NCBI GenBank assembly: GCA_007134675.1
Contig: SLKJ01000008.1
Span: forward strand, 10,012-74,011
Length of the DNA: 64,000 nt
Direction of reading: 5' to 3'
DNA from: Bacteroidales bacterium
Lineage (GTDB): Bacteria; Bacteroidota; Bacteroidia; Bacteroidales; PUMT01
Positions 7,361-17,430 of the stretch are shown in pieces. The position numbers were made by a program, and so were the translations under genes. The notes below the pieces were generated by a model. The model saw only the letters and a program-made list of their open reading frames with translations, had not been told where the DNA came from and made no database searches. Within the stretch, counting starts at the first letter, position 1, and each line of letters begins with the position of its first letter.

Positions 7361-9778
7361 ATGATGAAATTGATTGGATTACTTGTATTGCAATTGATTT
7401 GTATAACATCTTTTGCAAATTCGTTTATTCATGGAATTGTGACAAATGAAAAGGACATTCCGCTCATCGGTGCCAATGTAGTTGTTGAAGACTCCTTTTC
7501 CGGTGCAGCCACCAATGCAGATGGACGGTACCGGATTAACCTGCAGGATGGCAGTTATTCTATACGGGTGTCTCATATGGGCTATGAGACTTACTTTAAG
7601 GAGGTTGCTGTTGAGGGAGAGACAAGGCTTGATATTATTCTTGAAAGATCATCCCACCTGGCAGAGGAGGTAATAGTTTCAGCTACCAGAGCCCATTCAA
7701 AAGTGCCGGTTGCTTATTCAGATATAAGCAGACCTGAGATAAAAAGCAGGGATTTCGGTCAGGATATACCTTATATCGTTAGTTTTACTCCTTCATTTGT
7801 TGCCTCTTCAGATGCAGGGACAGGAATCGGCTATACCAGTTTCAGGATCAGAGGATCAGATATGAACCGGATAAATATCACATTAAACGGCATTCCTTTG
7901 AATGATCCTGAATCACATGGGGTGTGGTGGGTAAATATGCCTGATCTGGCATCCTCCCTTGAGAATGTCCAGATACAGAGAGGGGTTGGTACATCCTCCC
8001 ACGGAGCCGGAGCTTTCGGTGCAAGCATAAATCTGCAGACCTCAACCTTGAATCGTGAGCCATACGGAGAAATCAGTTCATCTGCCGGGTCATTTAATTC
8101 ATTCAGGAATACGGTAAGGGTCGGTTCGGGAATGATAAATGACCGTTTTACATTTGATGCCCGGTTATCGAAGATAACATCAGATGGCTATATTGACAGG
8201 GCCAGTGCAGACCTTAAATCCTTTTTCATTTCAGGTGGTATGCATACTGAGAACAGCCTGTTGAAGATTAACGTATTCTCCGGCAAGGAGATAACCTATC
8301 AGGCGTGGGATGGTGTGCCTTCCTATATGCTCGATATCGATCGCAGGTATAATGGCATAGGAAGTTATACAAATGATCAGGGAGAAACGGTTTATTATGA
8401 CAATGAAACAGACAATTATCAGCAGGATCATTTTCAGCTGTTTTATTCGAGGGAATTGTTCCCCGGCCTGCATTTTAACACTGCATTACACTATACCATC
8501 GGATACGGTTATTATGAACAATACAGGGAAAATAACCGGTTCAGCAGTTACGGACTGGAAAATCTGGAACTTGAAGAAGGACTTGTTATTTCAAGAAGTG
8601 ATCTCATAAGAAGAAAGATACTGGATAATGATTTCTACGGGCTGACTTATTCTTTGAATTATTCAACCAGGAATTATGACCTTACATTGGGTGGTGCATT
8701 GAATCAGTATATCGGAGATCACTACGGACATCTTATCTGGGCTGAATTTTCCAATCATATACCGAAGAACTATGAGTGGTATTTCAATCAGGGGAAGAAG
8801 AATGACTTCAATATCTTCGGTAAAATTGATTACAGAATTTCTGAAAGGATTAATTTATACGGAGATCTTCAATACCGGAGAATTGATTACACTATTGATG
8901 GCATAGATGATGATCTGAGAGATATATCCCGTGATCACGAATATCATTTTTTTAACCCCAAGGCCGGAGTGTATTATGAGTTTGATAACAGACAGAATGT
9001 CTATCTCTCCTATGCGGTAGCTAACAGGGAGCCCAACAGGAGCAACTTTAAGGATGCCCGGCCCGGAGAAATACCGAGGCCTGAGAGACTGGGTAATCTG
9101 GAGACCGGTTACAACCTTAAAACCCAAAATATAAACCTGAATGCAAACTTTTATTATATGCGATATAAAGACCAGCTTGTGCTGACCGGTCAGATCAATG
9201 ATGTAGGTGCTCCCGTTATGACAAATGTTCCTGACAGTTACCGTACCGGGTTGGAAGTAGTTGCAGGTTTACGACTATCTTCGAATCTGGAGCTGGCATT
9301 AAATTTTTCGATCAGTGAAAACAGGATTAAGGATTACACTGAGTACGTCGATAACTGGGATTATTGGGATGATCCCGAAAATGAGCCATTGCAGATTACC
9401 AGGCATCTTGGTAACACAGAGCTTTCATTTTCTCCGCCCTTGATTGCAGGAAGTGAGATAACATGGAGACCCGTTGAAAATATGTTGGTTAACTTCATGA
9501 GCAAATATGTAGACAGACAGTTTATTGATAACAGCTCCAGCAGGGAAAGAATGTTGGATCCATATTTTTTCAGTGACCTGAGATTTAACTACATTATAAA
9601 AAGCAGGTGGTTTGGGGATTTGGGAATAAATTTCCTTGTTGGAAATATTTTTAATTCAAAATTTGAAACAAACGCATGGATTTATCGTTATATAAATCAA
9701 GGAGAAGAACAATATATGGACGGATTCTTCCCTCAGGCAGGAAGACATTTTTTCACAGGGGTTTCAATCAGGTTTTAG
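7361..9778 (+). CDS. TonB-dependent outer membrane receptor (CarboxypepD_reg N-terminal domain), probable thiamine-related uptake
   Basis: 805 aa with a signal peptide. The CarboxypepD_reg-like segment is GIVTNEKDIPLIGANVVV...GRYRI, followed by a plug domain and a long beta-barrel ending in aromatic SIRF. It is preceded by the TPP riboswitch. Confidence 0.85.
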   Translation: MMKLIGLLVLQLICITSFANSFIHGIVTNEKDIPLIGANVVVEDSFSGAATNADGRYRINLQDGSYSIRVSHMGYETYFKEVAVEGETRLDIILERSSHLAEEVIVSATRAHSKVPVAYSDISRPEIKSRDFGQDIPYIVSFTPSFVASSDAGTGIGYTSFRIRGSDMNRINITLNGIPLNDPESHGVWWVNMPDLASSLENVQIQRGVGTSSHGAGAFGASINLQTSTLNREPYGEISSSAGSFNSFRNTVRVGSGMINDRFTFDARLSKITSDGYIDRASADLKSFFISGGMHTENSLLKINVFSGKEITYQAWDGVPSYMLDIDRRYNGIGSYTNDQGETVYYDNETDNYQQDHFQLFYSRELFPGLHFNTALHYTIGYGYYEQYRENNRFSSYGLENLELEEGLVISRSDLIRRKILDNDFYGLTYSLNYSTRNYDLTLGGALNQYIGDHYGHLIWAEFSNHIPKNYEWYFNQGKKNDFNIFGKIDYRISERINLYGDLQYRRIDYTIDGIDDDLRDISRDHEYHFFNPKAGVYYEFDNRQNVYLSYAVANREPNRSNFKDARPGEIPRPERLGNLETGYNLKTQNINLNANFYYMRYKDQLVLTGQINDVGAPVMTNVPDSYRTGLEVVAGLRLSSNLELALNFSISENRIKDYTEYVDNWDYWDDPENEPLQITRHLGNTELSFSPPLIAGSEITWRPVENMLVNFMSKYVDRQFIDNSSSRERMLDPYFFSDLRFNYIIKSRWFGDLGINFLVGNIFNSKFETNAWIYRYINQGEEQYMDGFFPQAGRHFFTGVSIRF

Positions 9779-9805
9779 TTAGGTTAATTTTAGGGTTAAT
9801 GGTGG

Positions 9806-9840
9806 AACAGAGCCGGAATTTATTTCCGGCTCTGTTTTTA
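9806..9840 (+). terminator. Rho-independent terminator
   Basis: 13-bp stem aacagagccggaa (9806-9818) / ttccggctctgtt (9824-9836), followed by ttta. Confidence 0.75.
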
Positions 9841-9898
9841 TGTGCCATGCATGATACTAAAAAATACTTATATTGCAGATCAATAGTGAAAGAGTCAA

Positions 9899-10465
9899 AT
9901 GGAAACCTATATTCTTGCTCTTGATCAGGGTACCACCAGCTCCAGGGCCCTTCTGGTTGATAAAACAGGAGGTGTCCGGGCAATTGCTCAGAAAGAATTT
10001 GCACAGATATTTCCAGAACCCGGATGGGTGGAACATGATCCTCATGAAATCTGGTATTCCCAGATGGCTGTGGCATCTGAAGCTGTTTCGAGTCTCGGAA
10101 TAGATGGTAAATCCCTGGCAGGCATAGGTATTACAAACCAGCGGGAAACAGCCATTATATGGGACCGCAATACCGGAAATCCTGTTTATAATGCTATCGT
10201 TTGGCAGGACAGGCGAACATCAGAGTATTGTGATGAACTCAAGCAAACGGGAAACGAAAGTCTTATCAGAGAAAAAACAGGACTTGTTTTAGATGCATAT
10301 TTCAGCGGAACAAAGGTGAAATGGATACTTGATAATATTGAAGAACTCAGACAGCAATGGAGAGTTGACCGTAAGTTTGCCGGAGCAATGGACCGGCAGA
10401 TAGCCGGGAGGCTCAGGGCCAGGTGGGCTGATGCAGTAAAAAGAGCTGGATCCTGGTCGTTGTAG
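9899..10465 (+). pseudogene. glpK: Glycerol kinase remnant with large in-frame internal deletion
   Basis: The first ~148 aa match the GlpK N-terminus ([54 protein letters not shown]). The last ~40 aa (RKFAGAMD...[12 protein letters not shown]) match the extreme GlpK C-terminus. The total is 188 aa against ~500 aa for an intact enzyme. Confidence 0.75.
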
Positions 10466-10617
10466 ACCTGAAAAGTATCATTGCTACTCAAATACCAATC
10501 AACGGAATAATGATTTTTTTTGGTTCTGGGTCCTCCCTTTTAAATAATATTTTATTTGAAATTCTGTTAATAAGTGTATATTGTTTTTTTCATAACCAAA
10601 TTTAACCCTGTATTCTT

Positions 10618-11235
10618 ATGATTGGATCAGAGAAAAAGATTCCGGCAATTTTTATTGCAATTCTTATTAATATTATTTCAATTCCCGGCATATTAAAAGG
10701 GCAGGCATCTATGCCTGAAATTCTTCAGAATGGGACACTACAGGAGCAACTCGATTACATTGAGGATCGAACACTGATCTACAATAATTTCAGAGCAATT
10801 CGCGAAGACATGTTTCTTCAGATCAAAAGAAATTCACTCGATTCACTGGCTGTTGCCAAAATGGAAGTGAATAAACTTAATGCAGATTTGATTAGCAGGG
10901 ATGCAGATCTGGATTCCCTTTCCGGTGTTTTGGACAATACCAGGGATGATTTGGACCTTGCAATCAGAAACCGTGACAATATTGCCTTTCTGGGAATACC
11001 CATGAATAAAACCGCATACAACCTGTTGGTCTGGATAATTATTGCCGGCCTGACAACCCTTTTAATCCTTGGTAGTCTGATTTTTAGGAGAAACCGGGTT
11101 GTAACTTTAAAAACCTTAAGGGAGCTTGATGAATTGAAGCAGGAGTTTGAAACCTACCGGAAAAGCTCAAGAGAAAAAAGGGAAAAACTCGTGATGGAAC
11201 ATTTTAATGAGATCAAAAGACTGAAAGAAAGCTGA
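10618..11235 (+). CDS. Hypothetical membrane protein (signal peptide, coiled coil, one TM helix)
   Basis: 205-aa ORF with an N-terminal hydrophobic segment, a coiled-coil-like middle, a TM helix (LLVWIIIAGLTTLLILGSLIF) and a charged C-terminal tail. No family recognised. Confidence 0.6.
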   Translation: MIGSEKKIPAIFIAILINIISIPGILKGQASMPEILQNGTLQEQLDYIEDRTLIYNNFRAIREDMFLQIKRNSLDSLAVAKMEVNKLNADLISRDADLDSLSGVLDNTRDDLDLAIRNRDNIAFLGIPMNKTAYNLLVWIIIAGLTTLLILGSLIFRRNRVVTLKTLRELDELKQEFETYRKSSREKREKLVMEHFNEIKRLKES

Positions 11236-11280
11236 GAAACTATTTATATAATTAAAAAAGCACCTGCAAGTTGTATGGTT

Positions 11281-11317
11281 AAAAAAAAGCACCTACAATC
11301 TGTTTTTGTAAGTGCTT
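11281..11317 (-). terminator. Rho-independent terminator downstream of the tRNA
   Basis: On the minus strand, aagcacttac pairs with gtaggtgctt (10 bp including one G-U) across an 11-nt loop, followed by T8 (plus-strand A-run 11281-11288). Confidence 0.7.
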
Positions 11318-11327
11318 GATTTTCTTG

Positions 11328-11401
11328 TAGCGAGAGGGAGACTTGAACTCCCGACCTCATGATTATGAATCATGCGCTCTAACCACCTGAGCTACCTCGC
11401 C
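11328..11401 (-). tRNA. tRNA with anticodon CAT (Met elongator type; the Ile2-lysidine alternative is not excluded)
   Basis: Cloverleaf folded by hand. Acceptor GGCGAGG/TCTCGCT with G-U at both ends. D arm GCTC-AGGTGGTTA-GAGC. Anticodon arm CATGA-TTCATAA-TCATG. Variable loop AGGTC. T arm GGGAG-TTCAAGT-CTCCC. Discriminator A. 74 nt; CCA is not encoded. Confidence 0.9.
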
Positions 11402-11784
11402 TTATTTTCAGTTTGCCAGTTCGTTTTTACCTGTATTATGGTCCTGACTTCGGTTTTTTACTGCGGCTGCAAAGATAACAACTTTTTTATTTTTGTTTGG
11501 GGCATTTTTTTAATATTTGATGCCATTATTTGATATAATCAACGCAACAAATAAGTTTATGTTATTTGCAAAATATCTCCTGATTACCATTGGCATCAAA
11601 AAAAACGGGCTTTTCAATCAATTCTGGGTTTGGTGTTATAACATATAGTTTTGATTTTTTTTATTGGATAATTTTTCTATATTGCAATATATCCCGGTTT
11701 GGATATCTGGAACGCTTCTGTGCAGTAATTCGTAAAACATGAATTAGTTAAATTATTATATTTATCAAACTGTTTATTTTATAG

Positions 11785-12162
11785 ATGAAAAACAAGTTAA
11801 AACTGGAATACACCATAAACTCCTCCCCAAGCGTATTATATAAGCAGCTCAGTACGCCCTCGGGATTATCTGAATGGTTTGCAGATGATGTAAACCTTAA
11901 AGGCAATACCTATACTTTTATCTGGGATGGTGCCGAAGAGCAGGCAGAAATGATTTCACAAAAAGAAAATAAATTCATACGATTTCGCTGGCTTGAAGCA
12001 GATGACAAGGATACATATTTTGAGTTCAAGATCCACAAACATGAACTCACCGGAGATGTTGCCCTGGAAATCACCGATTTTACTGATGAGAACGATTCCG
12101 ATGATGCCAGGGATCTTTGGGACTCCCAAATATCAAGATTAAAGCATACTATGGGATTGTAG
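11785..12162 (+). CDS. START-like / SRPBCC (AHSA1-like) domain protein
   Basis: 125-aa ORF. The pattern PSGLSEWFADDV...FIWDG...FRW resembles small Bacteroidetes START-like domain proteins. The assignment is from memory of the family, not a search. Confidence 0.6.
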   Translation: MKNKLKLEYTINSSPSVLYKQLSTPSGLSEWFADDVNLKGNTYTFIWDGAEEQAEMISQKENKFIRFRWLEADDKDTYFEFKIHKHELTGDVALEITDFTDENDSDDARDLWDSQISRLKHTMGL

Positions 12163-12311
12163 CACCAGTTATCACCGTTTTTTTCCTCTAAAATGGTTAT
12201 TTTTACGTTATCCAGCATAAACATGCGGGATTATTCGTTATAATCCTTCCGGATAACCCGTTAAGTTAATAATGCCGGATTGAAGTATTAATTATAACTT
12301 GCAGAAAGTCT

Positions 12312-13802
12312 ATGAAGAAGCTTCATCTTTTTGTATTGAAAACATATATAGGCCCGCTCATATCCACTTTCTTTGTAGTGGTATTTGTTCTTCTTATGCA
12401 GTTTCTCTGGAAGTATATTGACGATCTGATAGGAAAGGGGCTTGAATTCGCAGTTATTTCTGAATTACTTGTTTATACATCGGCTGGACTGGTCCCGCTT
12501 GCTCTGCCTCTCGCAATATTATTATCTTCACTGATGACCTTTGGTAATCTGGGTGAAAATTTTGAGCTGACAGCACTCAAATCTGCAGGTGTTTCCCTTC
12601 AGCGGATCATGAGTCCGCTTATCATACTTACAATTATTATGAGTATTGGAGCTTTTTATTTTGCTAATAATGTTCTGCCCTATACCAACCTGAAAATGCG
12701 ATCACTTCTTTACGACGTCCAGCAACAAAGACCCGAGATGCAGATTCGTGAGGGGATATTTTACAACGGTATCGACAATTACAGTATCAAGGTAGCAGAT
12801 AAGAATCACCGCACGAATATGATGTATGATATAAAAATATATGATCACACCGACAGAAGGGGAAACCTTAAGGTAACTATAGCTGATTCCGGTTTTATGA
12901 GAATAACCGAAGATAAGTTATTCCTGGTAACAACACTTTATAGCGGTTATAATTATGAGGAAATGGAAGAAAGGACCAGGCAAAGACAACAGAGAACTTT
13001 CCCGCACAGGAATGATGTATTCAGCGAACAGGTTCTGATCATTGAATTATCGGGATTTGATCTTCAGAGAACGGATGAGGAAGCATTCCGGCACAATTCA
13101 CAGATGATGAATCTTACCCAGCTTAATACGACAATAGATTCCCTGGACCAGGTACTCTCAAAGCAGGTTAGCGAACATACTGATGATCTGATAACTTCTT
13201 CATTCTTCAAAAAAGAGGCTTTTCTGCACAGAGCGGGAAAATCTGACAGATTAAAGGTTGCTTCGAGAAAACCTATGGATATAGAGGAGATTGATCGGAA
13301 TCTGTCACTGGACGAGGAACGAAGAGCATTAAATCTTGCAATGAGTGATGCCAGGCTTATCAGAAATCAGATCATATCTACAAAAACCAATTTTGACTGG
13401 CAAAACAAGAGGATACGCAGGTATGAAATTGAGTTGCACCGCAAATTCACACTTTCTTTTGCATGCTTTATATTTTTTTTTATAGGGGCCCCTCTTGGTG
13501 CAATAATAAGGAAAGGTGGATTGGGTATGCCAGTAGTAGTTTCTGTTCTTTTTTTTGTGCTTTATTATGTAATTGATATTTCTGCCCTGAAGTTTGTAAG
13601 AGAGTTGGTTATTCCCGCATTTCCCGGAATGTGGATATCCAGTATAATTCTTCTCCCGATGGGCATATTTCTTACATACAAGGCAACTACCGATTCTGTA
13701 ATTATGAATACTGAAACATATTATAATTTTTACAAAAGGATTGCCGGCTATTTGAAAAGAGTTGCCAGTCGTTATCCTGGCAAGGCCCGACTTCAGGTAT
13801 GA
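12312..13802 (+). CDS. LptF/LptG family permease (YjgP/YjgQ)
   Basis: 496 aa. The N-terminus LKTYIGPLISTFFVVVFVLLMQFLW is typical of the family, with 3+3 TM helices flanking a large periplasmic insert. Confidence 0.8.
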   Translation: MKKLHLFVLKTYIGPLISTFFVVVFVLLMQFLWKYIDDLIGKGLEFAVISELLVYTSAGLVPLALPLAILLSSLMTFGNLGENFELTALKSAGVSLQRIMSPLIILTIIMSIGAFYFANNVLPYTNLKMRSLLYDVQQQRPEMQIREGIFYNGIDNYSIKVADKNHRTNMMYDIKIYDHTDRRGNLKVTIADSGFMRITEDKLFLVTTLYSGYNYEEMEERTRQRQQRTFPHRNDVFSEQVLIIELSGFDLQRTDEEAFRHNSQMMNLTQLNTTIDSLDQVLSKQVSEHTDDLITSSFFKKEAFLHRAGKSDRLKVASRKPMDIEEIDRNLSLDEERRALNLAMSDARLIRNQIISTKTNFDWQNKRIRRYEIELHRKFTLSFACFIFFFIGAPLGAIIRKGGLGMPVVVSVLFFVLYYVIDISALKFVRELVIPAFPGMWISSIILLPMGIFLTYKATTDSVIMNTETYYNFYKRIAGYLKRVASRYPGKARLQV

Positions 13803-15007
13803 ATATATTGTTAGTGTGTAATAAAGTCCCCTATCCCCCCAGAGACGGAGGTTCACTTGCCACCTACAACATGGCAAAAGGACTTGCTGAAGCCGGCAAC
13901 AGGGTTGACCTCCTTGCCATGAATACCAGCAAACATTATTCATCAGATGGTAATCCGGAGAATGCTATCCCGGGAATTCACCTGACAAGAAAAATCTTTG
14001 TTGATACTTCAATCAGCTATACCGGACTTCTTCTTAATCTACTGTTTTCTGCCTTGCCCTATAATGCCAAAAGGTTTCTAAGCCCGGAGTTTGAGAATGA
14101 GCTTACTTCACTTTTACGTGAAACAACCTATGACATTGTTCAGCTTGAAGGATTGTATCTTTCTCCATACCTGGGCTGCATTAGAGATAATTCAAATGCA
14201 CTGATAGTATACAGGGCTCATAATGTTGAATATATTATCTGGAAAAGCTATTACAAAAGAGAAAAAAATCCCCTGAAGAAAATTTACCTTCGAAGTTTAT
14301 ACCGGAGGATAAGAAGTTTTGAACTGAGCTTTATCAATAAATATGATTTACTGGTTCCCATTACCAGTCCGGATCATGAAAACTTTATTCGGATGGGTAA
14401 TAAACAACCCGTAATTGTTGCTCCTTTTGGTATGTACTCTGATAAACTGAACAATTACAGTAGAATAAGCTGTAAATACCATTGTTTGCAGTATATTGGT
14501 GCCCTTGACTGGATGCCGAATATTGACGGTCTTGATTGGTTTATCAGGGAAGTTTGGGGTAAACTAATAAATAATCGTAAAGAGCTGAGATTTCTTGTAG
14601 CAGGAAGAAATGCAAAAAGTGGATTTGCTAGAAAACTAGTAAATAGCATGATCGATTTCAGAGGAGAAGTGGAAAATGCATCAGAATTTCTTTCTGAAAC
14701 CGGGATTTTAGTTGTTCCTTTGTTTTCAGGAAGCGGGATAAGAGTGAGAATCATTGAAGCCATGCTTATGGGGAAGCCCATAGTAGCAACCTCTTATTCT
14801 GTGTCGGGGATTCCTGTAGAGAGTGGAAGGCATTTACTCCTGGCTGATGATAAGTATGCTTTCTTCGAATCTGTTGAAAAGATGCTTGATAATCCGGACT
14901 GGGCATTCCGAATTGGGAATAATGCAAGGGATTTTGCCTTAAATCATTATAATAACAGAAATATAACAAAAGAACTAACAGCTTTCTATAAAAAAAGTCT
15001 TAAATGA
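13799..15007 (+). CDS. Glycosyltransferase family 4 (GT-B fold)
   Basis: 402 aa. The N-terminus is PYPPRDGGSLATYNMAKGLAEAGNRV. The C-terminal domain has a SGIRVRIIEAMLMGKPIVAT (E-x7-E-like) region. 4-nt overlap with the upstream gene. Confidence 0.8.
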   Translation: MNILLVCNKVPYPPRDGGSLATYNMAKGLAEAGNRVDLLAMNTSKHYSSDGNPENAIPGIHLTRKIFVDTSISYTGLLLNLLFSALPYNAKRFLSPEFENELTSLLRETTYDIVQLEGLYLSPYLGCIRDNSNALIVYRAHNVEYIIWKSYYKREKNPLKKIYLRSLYRRIRSFELSFINKYDLLVPITSPDHENFIRMGNKQPVIVAPFGMYSDKLNNYSRISCKYHCLQYIGALDWMPNIDGLDWFIREVWGKLINNRKELRFLVAGRNAKSGFARKLVNSMIDFRGEVENASEFLSETGILVVPLFSGSGIRVRIIEAMLMGKPIVATSYSVSGIPVESGRHLLLADDKYAFFESVEKMLDNPDWAFRIGNNARDFALNHYNNRNITKELTAFYKKSLK

Positions 15008-16176
15008 TAGTAGCTATTATTCTTTTTTGGATTTCGGTCGCTGCTCTTGTTCACACTTATCTACTGTATCCTGCATTGATTGATCTACTTGCAAGACGCA
15101 GGGTCGCTGGCAGGAATACATACGAATCTGCTCGTGACCTACCGGGTGTTTCGGTTTTGATGGCCGTGCATAATGAAGAGAATGTCATATCAGAAAAGAT
15201 AGAAAGCATAATCCTTAATAAACATCCTGAAGAAAAACTAGAGATACTGGTCGGTTCAGATGCATCGACCGATAATACTGATAAAATACTTCAAAATCTT
15301 GCCTCTTCATATAAATACCTGAGATTTTTCAGATTTGATGAGCGCAGGGGAAAATCTGGGATTATAAACGATCTGGTCAGGTTATCTAAAGAGGATATAT
15401 TGATCATAACCGACGCAAATGTCATACTTGAACAGGATACCATTTATCATCTTTTAAAGCATTTTAAAGACACCAGTATCGGGCTTGTTGATTCCAATAT
15501 GAAACACAAGGGTATAAGGGATTCCGGAATATCTGTTCAGGAGAACCTCTACATAACAAGGGAGGTTAAAATCAAAGAGCGCGAAAGCATTTTATGGGGT
15601 ACCATGATGGGGCCTTTTGGTGGGTGCTATGCCCTTAGGAGGGAGTTATATTGTGATGTGCCATCATCATTTTTGGTTGATGACTTTTTCATTAATATGA
15701 AAGTGATAGCATCAGCTCATAAAGCCATAATCGAAACTGATGCTATTGTATATGAGGATGTATCCAGCAGTCTGAGCGAGGAATTCAGGAGGAAAGCCAG
15801 AATAGCTGCAGGAAATTTCCAAAACCTGAAATATTTCTCGTCTTTTCTGCTATCTTCTGCCAGGGGGGTATCTCTTAGCTTTATTTCACATAAAGTTTTG
15901 CGCTGGATTGGTCCCTTTTTCTTTGCAACAATTTTTTTTACCAGTCTTTTTCTCGGCAGAGAATACTTTTTTTATAGGTATCTGTTCTATTTCCAGGTTT
16001 TTATTTTAATCTTACCATTAGTTGATTATTTATTGGGGAAAATCAAAATTCATGTTATAATTTTGCGGTTTGTTACTCATTTTATAAGTATGAACTTTGC
16101 TTTGCTGGTGGGGTTTATTAATTATTTGAAAGGAGTTAAATCAAATGTCTGGCAACCAACAAGAAGGAACCAGTAG
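15004..16176 (+). CDS. Glycosyltransferase family 2, membrane-anchored
   Basis: 390 aa. [19 protein letters not shown] and the ITDANV (DxD-like) motif fit GT2. TM helices occur at both ends. 4-nt overlap with the upstream GT4 gene. Confidence 0.8.
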   Translation: MIVAIILFWISVAALVHTYLLYPALIDLLARRRVAGRNTYESARDLPGVSVLMAVHNEENVISEKIESIILNKHPEEKLEILVGSDASTDNTDKILQNLASSYKYLRFFRFDERRGKSGIINDLVRLSKEDILIITDANVILEQDTIYHLLKHFKDTSIGLVDSNMKHKGIRDSGISVQENLYITREVKIKERESILWGTMMGPFGGCYALRRELYCDVPSSFLVDDFFINMKVIASAHKAIIETDAIVYEDVSSSLSEEFRRKARIAAGNFQNLKYFSSFLLSSARGVSLSFISHKVLRWIGPFFFATIFFTSLFLGREYFFYRYLFYFQVFILILPLVDYLLGKIKIHVIILRFVTHFISMNFALLVGFINYLKGVKSNVWQPTRRNQ

Positions 16177-17413
16177 TAACCTTGATTCAATCGATGAAGC
16201 CATCGAAGAAATAAAGAAGGGAAGGGTAATTATTGTTGTTGATGACGAGGATCGGGAAAATGAAGGTGACTTTGTTGCTGCGGCTGAACTGACAACCCCC
16301 GATACAGTCAATTTTATGGCGACGCACGGCAAAGGTTTGATTTGTGCCGCTATACCTGAGGAGCGCTGCAACGAGCTTGATCTTCAGCTGATGGTTGGGA
16401 AAAACACCTCTTTGCATGAGACTGCTTTTACTGTTTCGGTTGATTTGATCGGTAGAGGGTGTACAACCGGGATTTCTGCAGCAGACAGGGCGAAGACCAT
16501 CAATGCACTGGTTGATCCTTCAACCAGGCCTGAGGACCTGGCCCGTCCGGGTCATGTGTTTCCGTTGAAATCAAAAAGTAAAGGTGTTTTAAGGAGGGCT
16601 GGGCATACCGAGGCCGCAGTTGATCTTTCGGTACTTGCCGGGTTAAAACCTGGAGGAGTTCTGGTAGAGATTATGAATCCTGATGGATCCATGTCCCGCT
16701 TTCCTGAATTGAAGGCAATTGCTGATCAGTTTAACCTTAAAATTATCTCCATTGAAAAACTGATTGCATACCGGCTTCAGCATGAAAGCATTGTTGAAAA
16801 AGGAGTTGAGGTGAAACTACCTACAAGATACGGGGATTTCCATCTAATACCATTCCGCCAGAAATCAACCGGCTTTGAACATGTTGCCATTCTAAAGGGA
16901 AAGTGGACACGTGAAGATCCCGTGCTTGTGAGAGTCCATTCGTCATGTGTGACCGGAGACATTTTTGGTTCTATGCGTTGTGATTGTGGAAACCAGTTGA
17001 ATGAAGCCATGAAAATGATACAGGATGAGGGTAAAGGTGTTGTGGTTTATCTTAACCAGGAGGGAAGGGGCATAGGATTATTCAATAAAATGGCTGCCTA
17101 CAAATTACAGGATGAGGGCATGGATACTATTCAGGCAAATGTTTATCTCGGATTTAACGAAGATGAGAGGGATTTTGGAGTAGGTGCAAACATTCTTCAT
17201 GAACTTGGAATAGGCAAGATAAGACTGATCGCCAATAATCCTTTTAAGCGTAAAGGCCTCGAAGGGTACGGACTGGAGATTGTTGAGATAATTCATACTA
17301 AGTCTACGACAAATAAACATAATTATAATTACCTGGTTACCAAAAGGGACAAAATGGGTCACTTCCTTGATCTTGTTAAGCCGGAGGAATCAGAGGGTAA
17401 TCCTGAAAATTAA
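16145..17413 (+). CDS. ribBA: Bifunctional 3,4-dihydroxy-2-butanone-4-phosphate synthase / GTP cyclohydrolase II
   Basis: 422 aa. The RibB part has [13 protein letters not shown] and [11 protein letters not shown]. The RibA part has [21 protein letters not shown] and [11 protein letters not shown]. It overlaps the upstream GT2 gene by 32 nt. Confidence 0.92.
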   Translation: MSGNQQEGTSSNLDSIDEAIEEIKKGRVIIVVDDEDRENEGDFVAAAELTTPDTVNFMATHGKGLICAAIPEERCNELDLQLMVGKNTSLHETAFTVSVDLIGRGCTTGISAADRAKTINALVDPSTRPEDLARPGHVFPLKSKSKGVLRRAGHTEAAVDLSVLAGLKPGGVLVEIMNPDGSMSRFPELKAIADQFNLKIISIEKLIAYRLQHESIVEKGVEVKLPTRYGDFHLIPFRQKSTGFEHVAILKGKWTREDPVLVRVHSSCVTGDIFGSMRCDCGNQLNEAMKMIQDEGKGVVVYLNQEGRGIGLFNKMAAYKLQDEGMDTIQANVYLGFNEDERDFGVGANILHELGIGKIRLIANNPFKRKGLEGYGLEIVEIIHTKSTTNKHNYNYLVTKRDKMGHFLDLVKPEESEGNPEN

Positions 17414-17430
17414 TATTTTAGGTTTCTGCT

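Noticed and set aside
11254-11298. 16-nt direct repeat AAAAAAGCACCT[G/A]CAA (11254-11269 and 11283-11298) next to the tRNA 3' end. I considered it a possible attachment-site scar of an integrated element.
   Set aside because: The second copy is simply the 3' arm plus T-tract of the tRNA terminator hairpin. No integrase, excisionase or foreign-looking genes flank the tRNA.
11678-11691. Perfect 14-bp palindrome TATATTGCAATATA, ~95 nt upstream of the START-like gene.
   Set aside because: It lies in a very AT-rich intergenic region where such palindromes arise easily, and I recognise no known operator consensus.
13329-13943. Long antisense or alternative-frame ORFs inside well-supported genes. 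Examples are 13329-13943, 47016-47579, 24414-24929, 62281-62760, 18958-19374 and 3565-4050.
   Set aside because: Each lies fully within, or mostly overlaps, a CDS with clear family motifs on the other strand or frame. Their composition is low-complexity or Cys/Arg/Ser-rich, as expected for shadow ORFs.
16100-16145. I looked for an FMN riboswitch (RFN element) upstream of ribBA.
   Set aside because: ribBA overlaps the upstream GT2 gene by 32 nt, so there is no leader and no RFN-like sequence.
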